Origin: Squalus acanthias
Lineage: Eukaryota
Length of the DNA stretch: 64,000 nt
Reading direction: 5' to 3'
Assembly (NCBI GenBank): GCA_030390025.1
Contig: CM059427.1
Location: forward strand, 39,184,001 to 39,248,000
How positions within the stretch are numbered: position 1 is the first letter of the stretch; each line of letters begins with the position of its first letter. A program made the translations under genes and the position numbers. Positions 49,220 to 61,789 of this stretch are shown here, one piece after another. The notes under the pieces were generated by a model. The model did no database searches. It was not told the origin of the DNA and saw nothing but the letters and a program-made list of their open reading frames with translations.

Positions 49220-50968
49220 CCTAATGAAGAAAATGAACCATCATCAATGCTAGAGAATAGGGGTAGTGGTACCCCAGCCTTTGGTTTCTCACCCCTCATG
49301 AGAAAGAGGCTGTGGAATCTCTGGGTAGGCATATGGGAGAGGCACGGGGAGACAGGGAAGTAAAAGGGGAGGTGCCAACTGCAGGTTGGTCCTAATATTC
49401 ATCTCTTCAGCTCCAACAGAACACCTATATTTGCCATTATAACACAGTATAAATGCTAAGGTCGTACCTTGTACTGAAAGTACCGTAACCGTTGTGCTGC
49501 TCATCCACCCCTGCATCCTCTCTTCTTTTTGTACACTCCTAGGTGTGCCATAGCAACAACAGTGGAAGAGCAGCACTGCTTCAGGGCCACTGAGCCTCTT
49601 CTCATCACCTCCGTCATTCACTTTCATCGTCCTAAACACCAGCCCAGAGGTATCCAGCCAGGGGCGAGTAGTTAGTGTGCCAGAGTGAAGTGCACAAGGT
49701 GACCATTCAGCCCTTCGAATCTGTTCCGCCATTCAATCAGATCATGGTTCAGCTGTACCTGAACTCCATTTACTCACCTTTGATACATATCCCTTGATAC
49801 CCTTACATAACAAAAATCTATCAATCTCAGTCTTGAAAAAATTCAATTGATCCAGTATCCACAGTCTTTTGGGGGAGAGAATTCCAGATTTCCACAAACC
49901 TTTGTGTGGAAAAAGTGCTTACTGATTTCACTCCTAAATTTCCTAGCTCTAATTTTAAGATTGTGCCCCCTTGTTCTGGATCCCCCAACAGAGGAAATAG
50001 TTTATCTGTATCTCCCCTACTGAATCCCTTGATATTTTAAACACCTTGATTAAATCATCCTCAACCTTTTAAACTCAAGGGAATACAAAACAAGTTTATG
50101 CAATCTGTATTCATAATTTAATTCTTTAAGGCATGAATTTGCCCCCTCCCTCCAAGGCAAATATATCCTTCCTGAGGTTCGGTGCCCAAAACTGAACATA
50201 GAGCACAACTGACCCGGAGCAGCTGGGAGTAGAACATGAAGAGGTAATCACTACTGACCGGAAGGTCAGGAGACATCTGGCCTTGGCTGAGGAGCATCAG
50301 GACCCAGATTTCAGGAGTCCTGTATTTTAAATAAGGATGTCATAAATCATCAAACATATGTACAGGCACTGGGGACAGTTTCCTTGAATGTTCTGCAGAT
50401 GGTGGCTGAGTTGGAACGGTCAACTAACGGCATATGTGGTACCCTGATGGATATGTGTTCAGCACTGCAGACAACCCTGGAGTAAGTGACAACTCCAGAA
50501 TGAGCTGCAGCACACTTTCCCCCTCCCTCCAACAGAGGACTAGTAGCGATCACACCTTCTGACACTGAAGCTGAGACTGCTGGCATGAATACCTTGAGTG
50601 TCACAGAGGGCTGTCTTTTCCAACCTTTAAGAGACTGGGTCTTAAATACAGAAAAGTATCTCTCAGGGCTTCAGATGGTATTATTTGGGCAGTTTTCTCA
50701 GTATTAATGACCTGGCAGGTATGTGCTCCCACGGTGATGCTATCCCTCAAGACAGTACCATCCGTGCCCTTCTGCCAGCTCCCTTAGATGCCTGCACATG
50801 TGGCAGAAAGTAGCCAGAGCCAGGCTGCCCTTATCACCAGCAAATAAGACTAGGATAGAAAAGGGGCACAATGGCGCTATATGGACTCCTGAACCTCCAA
50901 AATGTGGGCAGGAAGTGCACGCTTATTACAAGCTGGAGGTGCCATATTGGTAAAGGCCAAAAAATCGG
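49220..50968 (+). mobile_element. Probable Harbinger Myb-gene 3' relic split by a CR1 fragment
   Basis: aacaccagcccagag..aagtgcacaaggtga parallels exon 3 at 45230-45300 (aacaccagcacagac..gtccgcacaagtgag) and resumes after 50200. Confidence 0.4.
49701..50200 (-). mobile_element. CR1 3' fragment
   Basis: ccattcagcccttcgaatctgttccgccattcaatcagatcatgg.. is colinear with 29367-29885. Confidence 0.9.
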
Positions 50969-51956
50969 CATAGAAACATAGAAGATAGGAGCAGGAGTAG
51001 GTCATTCGGCCCCTCGAGCCTGTTCCGCCATTTAATGAGATCATGGCTGATCATCCAAATTCAATACCCTGTCCCTGCTTTCTCTCCATATCCCTTGATC
51101 CCTTTAGCCTTAAGAAATATATCTAACTCCTTCTTGAATATTTTTAATGAATTGGCCTCAACTGCCTTGTGTGGTAGAGAATTCCACAGGTTCACCACTC
51201 TCTGGGTGAAGAAATTCCTCCTCATCTCTGTCCTAAATGGCTTACCCCTTATCCTTAGACTGTGACCCCTGGTTCTGGTCCCCGCCATGGGGAAGATCCT
51301 TCCTGCATCTAGTCTGTCTAGTCCTGTTAGAATTTTATAAGTTTCAATGGGATCCCCTCTCATTCTTCTAAACTCTAGCGAATATAAGCCTAATCGACCC
51401 AATCTCTCCTCATACGTCATTCCTGCCATCCCAGGTATCAGTCTGGTGAATCTTCGCTGCACTCTCTCCATGGCAAGAACATCCTTCCTCAGATAAGGCG
51501 ACCAAAACTGCACACAATACTCAAGGTGTGGTCTCACCAAGGCCCTGTACAACTGCAGCAAGACATCCTTGCTCCTGTACTCGAATCCTCTCGCTATGAA
51601 GGCCAACATACCATTTGCCTTCTGAACCGCCTGCTACACCTGCATGCTTACCTTCAGCGACTGGTGCACAAGGACACCCAGGTCTCGTTGCACTTCCCCT
51701 TTTCCCAATCTATTGCCGTTCAGATAATAATCTGTCTTCCTGTTTTTGCGACCAAAGTGGATAACCTCGCATTTATCCACATTATACTGCATCTGCCATG
51801 CATCTGCCCAATCACCCAACTTGTCCAAATCATACTGGAGTTTCTCTGCATCCTCCTCACAACACACATGCCCACCCAGCTTTGTGTCGTCTGCAAACTT
51901 GGAGATATTACATCTAGTTCCCTCGTCTAGATCATTAATATATATTGTGAATAACT
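50969..51956 (-). mobile_element. 5'-truncated CR1 LINE
   Basis: ORFs 51634-51867 and 51061-51609 (CR1 ORF2 C-terminus); tail tttctatg repeats. Confidence 0.95.
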
Positions 51957-51957
51957 A

Positions 51958-53560
51958 GAGGTACTAGAAAGGCTGGCTATACTTAAAGTAGATAAGTCAC
52001 CAGGACCAGATGGGATGCATCCGAGGATGCTGAGGGAAGTGAAGGAAGAAATCGTGGAGGTACTGGCCATAATCTTCCAATCCTCCTTAGAAATGGGGTG
52101 GTGCCAGAGGACTGGAGAATTGCAAATGTTACACCCTTGTTCAAAAAAGGGTGTAAAGATAAACCCAGCAACTACAGGCCAGTCAGTTTAACCTCGGTAG
52201 TGGGGAAGCTTTTAGAAACGTAAATTAGGGACAAAATTAACAGTCACCTGGACAAGTGTGGATTAATTAAGGAAAGCCAGCACGGATTTGTTAAAGGCAA
52301 ATCGTGTTTAACCAACTTGATCAAGTTGTTTGATGAGGCAACAGAGAGGGTTGATGAGGGTAATGCGGTTGACGTGGTGTACATGGATTTCCAAAAGGCA
52401 CTCGACAAAGTGCCACATAATAGACTTGCCAGCAAAGTTGAAGCCCATGGAATAAAAGGGACAGTGGCAGCTTGGATACGAAATTAGCTAAGTGACAGGA
52501 AACAGAAAGTAGTGGTGAACGGTTGTTTTTCGGACTGGAGGAAGGTATACAGTGGTGTTCCCCAGGGGTCGGTTCTAGGATCACTGCTTTTCTTGATATA
52601 TATTAATGACTTGGACGTGTGTGTACAAGACACAATTTCAAAATTTGCAGATGATACAAAACTTGGAAGTATAGTGAACAGTGAGGAGGATAGTGATAGA
52701 CTTCAAGAGGGCATAGACAGGCTGGTGGAATGGACGGACACGTGGCAGATGAAATTTATCGCAGAAAAGTGCGAAGTGATACATTTTGGTAGAAAGAATG
52801 AAGAGAGGAAATATAAACTAAAGGTTACAATCCTAAAGGGGGTGCATGAACAGAGAGACCTAGGGGTATATGTGCACAAATCGTTGAAGGTGGCAGGGCA
52901 GGTTGAGAAAGTGGTTCAAAAAGCTTACGGGATCCTGGGCTTCATGAATAGAGTGCAAAAGTGTGGAAATTATGATGAACCTGTATAAAACACTGTTTCG
53001 GCCTCAACTGGAGTATTGCGTTCAATTCTGACACCATACTTTAGGAAGGATGTGAAGGCCTTAGAGTGGGTGCAGAAAAGATTTACGAGAATGATTCCAG
53101 GGATGAGGAACTTTAGTTACGTGGATAGACTGGAGATGCTGGGGTTGTTCTCCTTAGAGCAGAGAAGAGTGAGAGGAGATTTGATAGAGATGTTCAAAAT
53201 CATGAGGGGTCTGGACAGAGTAGATAGAGAGAAACTGTTCCCGTTGGCAGAAGGGTTGAGAACCAGAGGACACCGATTTAAGGTGATTGGCAAAAGAACC
53301 AAAAGCAACATAAGAAAAAACTTCTTTACACAGCGAGTGGTTAGGCTCTGGAATGCACTGCCTGAAAGGGTGGTGGAGGCAGACTCAATCACGGCTTTCA
53401 AAAAGGAGTTGGATAAATACCTGAAGGAAAAAAATTTGCAGGGCTACGGGGAAAGGGCGGGGGAGTGGGACTTGCTGAAGTGCTCTTGCAGAGAGCCGGC
53501 ACGGGCTCGACGGGCCAGAATGGCCTTCTTCCGTGCTGTAACCATTCTATGATTCTATGA
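51958..53560 (+). mobile_element. 5'-truncated CR1 LINE (different subfamily)
   Basis: [29 protein letters not shown] (52512-52988), C-terminal ORF 53016-53552; tail attctatg repeats. Confidence 0.95.
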
Positions 53561-53561
53561 T

Positions 53562-54365
53562 AACTTTTATGCTATGGGGTCATTCCAGGCTTCAGCAGGT
53601 GACAAAATCGACATCACCAAGTTTGCTATTCACCATGGTCTCCAGGATGTATCCGAGGCTCTGTATAACAGAGGAGCATTACTTTCCCAATGGACAGAGT
53701 GAAGCCAGCCTGGCATCCTTCTGAATAAAAAGGGTTTCCACTCCCTCAACATTCAGCTTTTCTGTGACCAGAGGCAGCACATCACGCAGGTCTCTCCCCA
53801 GCTTCATGACAGCAGTCATGATTCATTCATCCTGAGCCAGTCCTCTGTGCCGCCTCTATTTCGACCAGGCCATCAGATGACATACTGGCTACTAGGCTAC
53901 AAGGGATATCCCTTTCAGACATGGCTCTTGACTCCTGTCAGAAACCCGAGCACAGCTGCAGAGCTGGCATACAAGAGCCATGTTGCCACCAGAAATGTCA
54001 TTGAGCAGACTATGAACGTGCTCAAGTAACACTTCCGCTGCCTGGACCATTCGGGAAGTGCTTTGCAGTACAGCCTTGAGCAGCTATCCAGATTTGCTAC
54101 ATAACTTTGTGATAATGAGGGACCAGCCTTTTGCACCACCTGGACAGCAAGAAGTAAGAAGCAAAAAAAGAGGATAATGTATGAAGAAACCCTAAGCAAC
54201 ATCTCCTCCAGCTTTACCACTCACCACAGCGATGACTCTTCCTCTCCCCATGATGGCCAGCATGCTTTCTTCCATCGGGGAGAGGATGTGCAGGCAGGCT
54301 CAGCCTCCACCAACGGTAGACTCTGGTTAAAAGTTGTGCGTGACCTTCTCCTGCAAGAAAGAAGG
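53562..54365 (+). pseudogene. Harbinger (HARBI1-like) DDE transposase, decayed, 5' end missing
   Basis: NFYAMGSFQASAGD..VSEALY; NKKGFHSLNIQLFCD..SSHDSFILSQS; WLLGYKGYPFQTWLLTPVRNP; HVATRNVIEQT..LK*HFRCLDHSGSALQY; VRDLLLQER. The GAIDC segment is deleted and GDKGY is mutated to GYKGY. Confidence 0.9.
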
Positions 54366-54632
54366 GAGTCTGTATGAGGTGTTTAGAGAATGTGCCTATC
54401 TTAATTGAATAGTTCATATGTAGTGTGTAAGATGTGAGGTGTGAGGAGGTGAGAGTTGCAATAGTGGTGAGAGTAGAAAGTGCAGAATGTGTGACGAGGA
54501 GGGGAAGGATGTGGGGTGAATTGGTGCAGTGATTGTAGGAGAGTGAAGGGAAGCAGGGGAGTGGAGTGATGTAAGTGGTGAGGCTGCAGTTGGTGCAGGT
54601 GGAAGCAGAAAGTAAGAAAGCAGGATTCTTAC

Positions 54633-54873
54633 CTTAACAACTCTGGAAAGGCCATTGAACGTTTTTCTACAATACAGCCATGTCTTGGCATTTAAGCTCT
54701 TGGCATTAACCTCCTCAGAGACTTCTTCCAACTGGTATCAGAGGTATTGCCTGGAGGGCTTTTTGCTCCTCGGGGGGAAACAAGATCTCCCTCCTGCTGT
54801 CCACTACCAGGACCAGTGCCTCCAATGCTGCTTCAGAGAACCTGAGTGCCCAATCTGGATCTCTTGTAGCCAT
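54633..54873 (-). pseudogene. Harbinger Myb/SANT DNA-binding domain exon 1 (decayed), convergent with the transposase
   Basis: MATRDPDWALRFSEAALEALVLVVDSRREILFP/..L*YQLEEVSEEVNAKSLNAKTWLYCRKTFNGLSRVVK|GTAAG; one frameshift in a G6 run and one stop. Confidence 0.85.
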
Positions 54874-55859
54874 TTTTCCACTTGCGAAGTTTCCCTGCTA
54901 TCTGCAGGTCGAGTCTACCTCTCCATTGAGGGATGTTGGCTGCTTTTAATTGGAATCAGTAAAGCCCGATTTCCACCCCCCCCCCCCAAACAAGCATGCA
55001 GCCAATGACTAGTGTGGGTTAACGCTGGCTGCACGCCTGAGGCATGATAATGACCTGGCAGCACCAATTTTACGACCACATGGACAGGTGGGTGCAACTC
55101 GTGCCCTGCCCCATGCATGCCCTTTTTCGGGCACGATTGAATTTCTAGGCCCCTGAAGCCTGGGTTGACGTCCAGCGGGGTACTTGCATCCTCTAGCAGT
55201 GACGGTGGTGATCCCTCAATTTGTGTTTAGCCAGTTCTCCTGGTGAGGAAGTGTGAGTCAGGCTAACACCCTGTCCACATAAAATGGGATTTTGTTTCAG
55301 AAACAACCTGGGGCATAAATGCTGGCTGTGAAGTAGTGGAAGAATTGGCTTACTGAGGTGTGGAAGATAAGTAGAGAGATATGCTTGCATTGTTTTTCAA
55401 ATCCATTTAAAAAAAATCATATCGTGAGTGCATACCGGTAGTCAACTGTTTAATTATGTTGCTGATTGTTAAATTGTTTGATGTCATTAAAAGGGCATGA
55501 TCATCTACTGTGACGCTGTCGTCAAGCGTTTGATGGAAGACTACAATTCACTAGCAGTGCGCTTTCAAGCTGTAGCTGCACCGACTTGTAAATTGATGCA
55601 TCTTTAATACAGTAACTTGTTATGTGGATCAGTTTGACCCATGGCCCTCTAATTGGAATGTAAAGTTTTTATATATGCTTTATAGATGTGAAGAAGTATT
55701 CCAGAAATGAGTTGTAAGTTATTCTTCTCTGTTCCTGCATACTTAGACTTTGCAATTATTCTTCCAAGATAATAGAAATAAGCCAAAGTTTATTGTCTAG
55801 TTATATATGACAATGAGAAACCCTATTGTGTAAGGTGTTATTAATGTGAGAGAGGGATC

Positions 55860-57930
55860 TTACATAGCATTACATAGGATTACATAGGATATACGGCACA
55901 GAAACAGGCCATTCGGCCCAACCAGTCCATGCCGGCGTTTATGCTCCACTCGAGCCTCCTTCCATTTTTCCTCATCTAACTCCATCAGCATAACCCTCTA
56001 TTCCCTTCTCCCTCATATGCTTGTCTAGCCTCCCCTTAAATGCATCTATACTATTTGCTTCAACCACTCCCTGTGGTAGCGAGTTCCACATTCTCACCAC
56101 TCTTTGGGTAAAGAATTTTCTCTGAATTCCCTATTGGATTTCTTGGTGACTATCTTATATTGATGGCATATTGATATTGATATCTTATATTGATATCTTA
56201 TATTCGTTTAGGCACACTACAGCCCTCTGGACTCAATATCGAGTTCAACAATTTTAGATCATAACCTCAGCCCCTATCACATTTATATTTTATTTTTTCA
56301 TCCATCCTTTTGATTGCCCCCCCTCTTTTTTTTTCCCCTCCTAGAAGCTGGCAACTGTCCTTCATTCTGCCAGTGCATTTCACACTTCTTTTAGCCTCAA
56401 CCTGTCACATTAACACCACCTCTTGCCTTGATCATCTCTTAATGTCTCTTAATGTCTCTTAATCTCTCCTTTTGTTCTTTCATCCCCTCCCCCTTTTCCC
56501 AGCTTTATCCTTGCCTTAAATCTATTTCATTTCCTGCTATTTCCAGTTCTGACTCCACGGATGCTGCCTGGCCTGCTGAGTTTTTCCAGCGTTTTCTGTT
56601 GTTATTTCGGATTTCCAGCATCTGCAGTATTTTGCTATTATATTGATGGCCTCTAGTTATGCTCTTCCCCATAAGTGGAAACATTCTCCCTGTATCCACT
56701 CTATCAAAACCTTTCATAATTTTAAAGACCTCTATTAGGTCACCCCTCAGCTTTCTTTTTTCAAGAGAAAAGAGACCCAGCCTGTTCATCCTTTCCTGAT
56801 AGGTATACCCTCGCATTTCTGGTATCATACTTGTTAATCCTCTCTGCACCCTCTCCAGTGCCTCTATATCCTTTTTTTAATATGGCAACCAGAACTGTGC
56901 ACAGTACTCTAAGTGTGGTCTAACCAAGGTTCGATTTGGTTTAGCATAACTTCCCTACTTTTCAATTCTATCCCTCTAGAAATAAACCCTAGTGCTTGGT
57001 TTGCTTTTTAATGGCCTTGCTAACCTGTGTTGCAGCTTTTAGTGATTAGTGTATTTGTACTCCGAGATCCCTTTGTTCCTCTACCCCACCTAGACTCGCA
57101 CCCTTCAAGTAATAAGTGACCTCTCTATTCTTCCTACCAAAATGTAATGTCTCACATTGAACTTTATTTGCCAATTATATGCCCATTCTGCAAGTTTATT
57201 AATGTTTATTAATGTCCTCCTGTAATTTGTTGCAGTCCTCCTAAGTATTGACTATCCGCAAATTTAGAAATTGTGTTTTTGATTCCACTTCTGCCACTGT
57301 GAATAGCTACCCTTTACTCCTACTCTCTGCTTTCTGTCTTGAAGCCAGCTAGCTATCCATTCTGCTACTTGTCCTTTGACTCTGCATTCTCTGGCCTTAT
57401 TCATCAGTCTATTATGGGGTACCTTATCGAAGGCCTTTTGAAAATCTAGATAAATTACATCTACTGCATTACCATTGTCTACTCCCTCTGTTACCTCTTC
57501 CAAAAATTCAATAAGGTAGGTCAAGCAAGACTTTCTTTCCCTTTTGAAATCCATGCTGACTATTCCTTATTATATTTTTGGTTTCTAGATGTTCTTCTAT
57601 TTTCGCCTTTAGTAGGGATTCCATTATTTTTCCTCCCACCGATGTTAAGCTGACTGGTCTATAATTCCCTGGACATGTTCTATCCTCCTTCTTGAATATC
57701 AGTATTACATTAGCTATCCGCCAGTCTTCTGGCACTGCACCTTTTTCTAACGAATTATTACATATGCGTAGTAATGCCTCATGCTATCTCTTCCCTAGAT
57801 TCTTTTAAAATGCGTGGATGCAATCCATCCGGACCAAGGGTTTTATCCTCTTTGAGTTTGATTAGTTTATTTAATATATCCCCTCTTTTTATTTTAAATG
57901 CACTTATCTCATTACTAATCTCATCATCAT
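55860..57930 (-). mobile_element. 5'-truncated CR1 LINE, same subfamily as 48133-49217, interrupted by a Penelope-like insert
   Basis: Near-identical 3' region to 48133-48900; RT ORFs 57264-57554 and 57508-57735; internal deletions. Confidence 0.95.
56205..56637 (+). mobile_element. Penelope-like element 3' fragment
   Basis: Encodes RLGTLQPSGLNIEFNNFRS* (end of a GIY-YIG ORF), then pyrimidine-rich UTR and terminal gatgctgcctggcctgctgag..ttccagcatctgcagtattttgct; 13-bp TSD TTATATTGATGGC (56155-56167, 56638-56650). Confidence 0.85.
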
Positions 57931-60900
57931 TTGTGTGCATATTATTAAAAGCATAGAATGGCATCTGGAGAAGAATGTGGAAATAACACCAAATTCTTGT
58001 ATGGAACTGATCCATTTAAACATTCTCCATAGAATATAATACACAAAGTGTAGGATTGCATCCATGGGCATCAGAAAATGTGTTCCAAATAGGTTGATGC
58101 ACAATGTCTACTTACCTGTTTAATGCAATAAGATACATTGACTTGAAAAATTTGCCAATGTATTAAGGCTCATTCATAAATTTCTAAATTCATCATACGG
58201 ATTATGGGAGAAAAGAATTCTACAGAATCTGACCCCTTTTTATGCTCTCAATTCAAAAAGAAATCTGTAAAAATAAGTGTGCATGCCCAATTCCGGTAAT
58301 TTCCAGGTAAATTAGTGCAGTCTGCTACTATTAAAATTAAATGCCACAAAATTGAAATGAAAGACATTGGAAAAATTGACCAAAAAGATTTCATTACAGA
58401 ATGTCTTTCAAGCACATATGAGGATAACTTGGCTTCCATATTTTACTGTGCAGGTATTTGGTATTAATAAAAACACCACATGGAAAGTGAAAATAGAAAG
58501 TGTAACAAAATATGTAAAGAAAATATTATATCAAAATAGGGCACTACTTTTAATTTAATTAAACTTCCACCTTCTCAGAGAATGCTTTGAAGATTAAAAT
58601 TAGTTCTTAAAATGCCACATGCAATTGGTCTAAGAACATTTTAAATGTATCTACAAATGGCTATAATAAATGTCCCATACTGTTTAATGTTGGCATAGGC
58701 ACCTTTGAGCTAATTACATTTTAATCAGTTCTCTGCCCCCATTCCGGGGTAAAACAAGATGCAACATTCATGTCTATAATAATATACTTTTATCACATTG
58801 CTTACCATTTATGCAAACTGAGATGATGTATTAAGAAATAATAATGTATTATTAAAATGCAAAATCTGGTCATCTCATATAGATATGATTATAAAATGAT
58901 CATTGGTATACATTGCAGAACCAGAAAATTGTAGGATCCTTCACACCAGTAGGACATTTTAAAATATCGACAACACTGACTGAGACACTTGTGCTAGATA
59001 AATGCAGACATCAATATATTTATTAATATTTTCACTTCATGCAATTTCCATGCACATAAATACATCAGTAAAAATAACAACACTGGAAATCTGCTTGTCG
59101 AAAGGATCAATAATTGACCAAGAAAATCCCACACTTGTGCTATTAATAATGGTGTGTATGCAGATCTAATATATAATATACATCAGCGCAATCTGTGTGT
59201 GTGTGCTGAATCAAACTGCTAATTTGTTTACTAGAAATGAGATCAATGATTTTTGTAGGTTAAGTACATTTCTACTACAGATATCTACACATTCCTAGAA
59301 TTCAAATACTCTGCAATATTTTGTGAAAATGTTCAACACATGTCATTTAATAAATCAGTTTTTTTTTAACTTTTTTACATGTAAGTCAATACATATAATC
59401 ACTTAAATAAAATTAGACATCAAAAATCTATTGCAAGGAACCTGTATCTGATGATTTGTGCTAATAAGATGCCCTTCTACTTGCAGAATTTACAGAACAC
59501 TCTCAATACATTCAGAGCACATTCAAAGGCAGGGGACCAAGTGCTACCTTCACAGCTTCATTATCATTCTCAGGTTATTCCATGCCAAATGAATCAGGAA
59601 CGCAAATGAATTAGTGAGAATTAAGGAGCCTCTGTGGTCTGAACCCTTTCCAAATCTCAGCAAAGATGAAAGGAACAGAGTGATGCTTTGTGTCCCTCAG
59701 TGCCAGGAAATGGAGCCCCCGTGCCAACACAGCTTCTCAAGAGTCCTGCAGAAATGCACAGACAGTTAATGTTGCCTAACGTCTTATGACCGTAGGTTCA
59801 GCCATGTGGGAGAAGTTTTACAAGGCTACAGAATCAAATCCCCCTCACTCACAATTAATTGCAAGCGAATAGCTTTTGCACCTCGCTGTCAATGATCCCA
59901 GTCTAAGCATACTTTCCTCTTATCTCTACCGCTTACAAATAATCAAAGGCATTTCTATTCTTTTAGAATTTAAACTGCTAAAAAGGCAGAATACTAAAGT
60001 GTTTAATGAAATAAGGTGCCTGAATGTTCGAAATACATTTACAGGAACATTTTAAAATGATGTTCACTAGAATATATTACTGTACCATTCTATAAATCTG
60101 AGCTTACAAAAGCAAGGATTTATTCTGCAGTGTTGTGCAGTTGTAGTAACTCGTGCAGTAGTACAGCGTCTCTTCCTGCCCTTGTGCTGTCCAAAACTGA
60201 CCAGTGAATTCCCAAGGGTCCTCTCGGGTTTCAGCATTCTCATTTCATCAGCTGCAGAATATCTGTCATTCATGTCCCAGGCTGAACAAAGTGACATCTG
60301 TCAGTTTTGGAGCAAGGATAAATGAATGCTTCATCACATTCTACAACCTCAAGCCGTTCCTCATCGCTGCCATCCAATATGGCCGTTTGATTATGCTAAG
60401 TTAGACTTCATAATTAGCATCAGAATTTAAAAATCCCTACTCTTTTAAAAAGAAACATTATTGTTACATAAATAGATTTTATATTTGATATCTTTTTGTT
60501 AAAATCCTAGTCAGCTATTCTTACAAATAAACCATGAGAATTTGAAAATGGCCTATGCTGCACTAGTATAGGAATGAACAAAAGTATTTTACAACCACTG
60601 TCTTCTATATTATTAGAGAAAAAAAGGGTTAAATGTGATATAAACCTGCATGAAGAGTGCATCTGTCAGACTCCATGACACATTGCTTATCACAGAACTG
60701 AATCTGAATTTTTTTTGTAGAAGAGGTGAATCATCTAATCTTTACAGCTTGACATCTTGAGAGAGGTGTGGTCATAGGCACAGGGTAGCTGAAGACCAAG
60801 GCTGGTAAACATAGCTTTCTAAAAACATGTATGAACATCCTGACAGGGAAAAGGGGGAGAATTTAATATTCAATAAAGTTTACTCATTCTAAGTGGTCTA

Positions 60901-61789
60901 TGCCAGGCAACAATTATGAGATAATCATTTTAATATAACCAGATCAAAGACAGGAGCTAGCCACAGGAAAATCACTGTCCAGGGAACAACATCCAAAACA
61001 GCTGCGGGCTTCACCAGATGGCAATGGATCTACTTGTTCTTTTCTCGAGTTTTCCAACTAGGCTGAAGCGGCTTTCTGAAATGCCATAGTTTCTCTCCTG
61101 TTATTGACAAAACAGAACAGCATCAAAGTAAAGACCCTGATCAGACAAAAGAAGCAACAATATCTGTTCCAATCATCTGAGGAGCTGCGTAGGAATGGTA
61201 ATTCACCTTTCAATTCAAGATAAAATGTTTGCAAAACAGAAATCTAATTTCTATTAGATTATTCTATGGAATAATTCTAAGCAATGCTCCATCCAATTCT
61301 AACTTAATATGGAAAACAAGGTGACTTCTCGGTATGAGGAAATCATTTAGGTGTCGGTAAATTATCTGGCTGCTTTCTGTTAGCTGTTAAATTGTACATG
61401 AGGGAGAAATTTGGATTTTTCGCTGAATTCCTACTATTGCAATTGTTCACCTCATGTTAAACTGGGTGGAAACATTTTCTGCACAGTTGTAAAATCTGTC
61501 AACGTAGTTGATTAATGGGCAAATGTTATCTACTTACTTTAGATCCAATCCAATCACCCACAACTACAACAATCTACATGTGCAGAATTTAGACCAAATG
61601 AAAATTGCACTGGCTGTAACCAGAAAAGACAATTGTTCAGACAAATTTCACATTAAACATATAAATTAAATGTATTATAAATGTTTTTATCCTGGTGTAA
61701 ATACGCAGTATTTAACCAGTAACTATGCCAACCATTGATAGATTTTTGACTTAAAATTTGTATCACTGCATTACTAGGAATAAACATAC

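Larger units (their letters stand above)
53562..55151. mobile_element. Right part of an autonomous-type Harbinger transposon
   Basis: Transposase plus Myb gene, and terminal AATTTCTAGGCC (55140-55151) resembling the MITE ends (e.g. AATTTCTAGCCC at 39538-39549). Confidence 0.8.

Noticed and set aside
53562-54873. Domesticated host genes HARBI1/NAIF1
   Set aside because: Stops, frameshifts, a deleted first catalytic Asp region and a nearby TIR indicate a dead transposon.
56435-56465. Short tandem repeat (tctcttaatg)x3 and other small repeats as a CRISPR-like array
   Set aside because: No spacers; simple slippage repeat in a eukaryotic retroelement.
48133-57200. Segmental duplication or LTR pair (48133-48900 vs 55860-57130)
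   Set aside because: Both are 3'-anchored copies of one CR1 subfamily with different truncation points and unrelated flanks.
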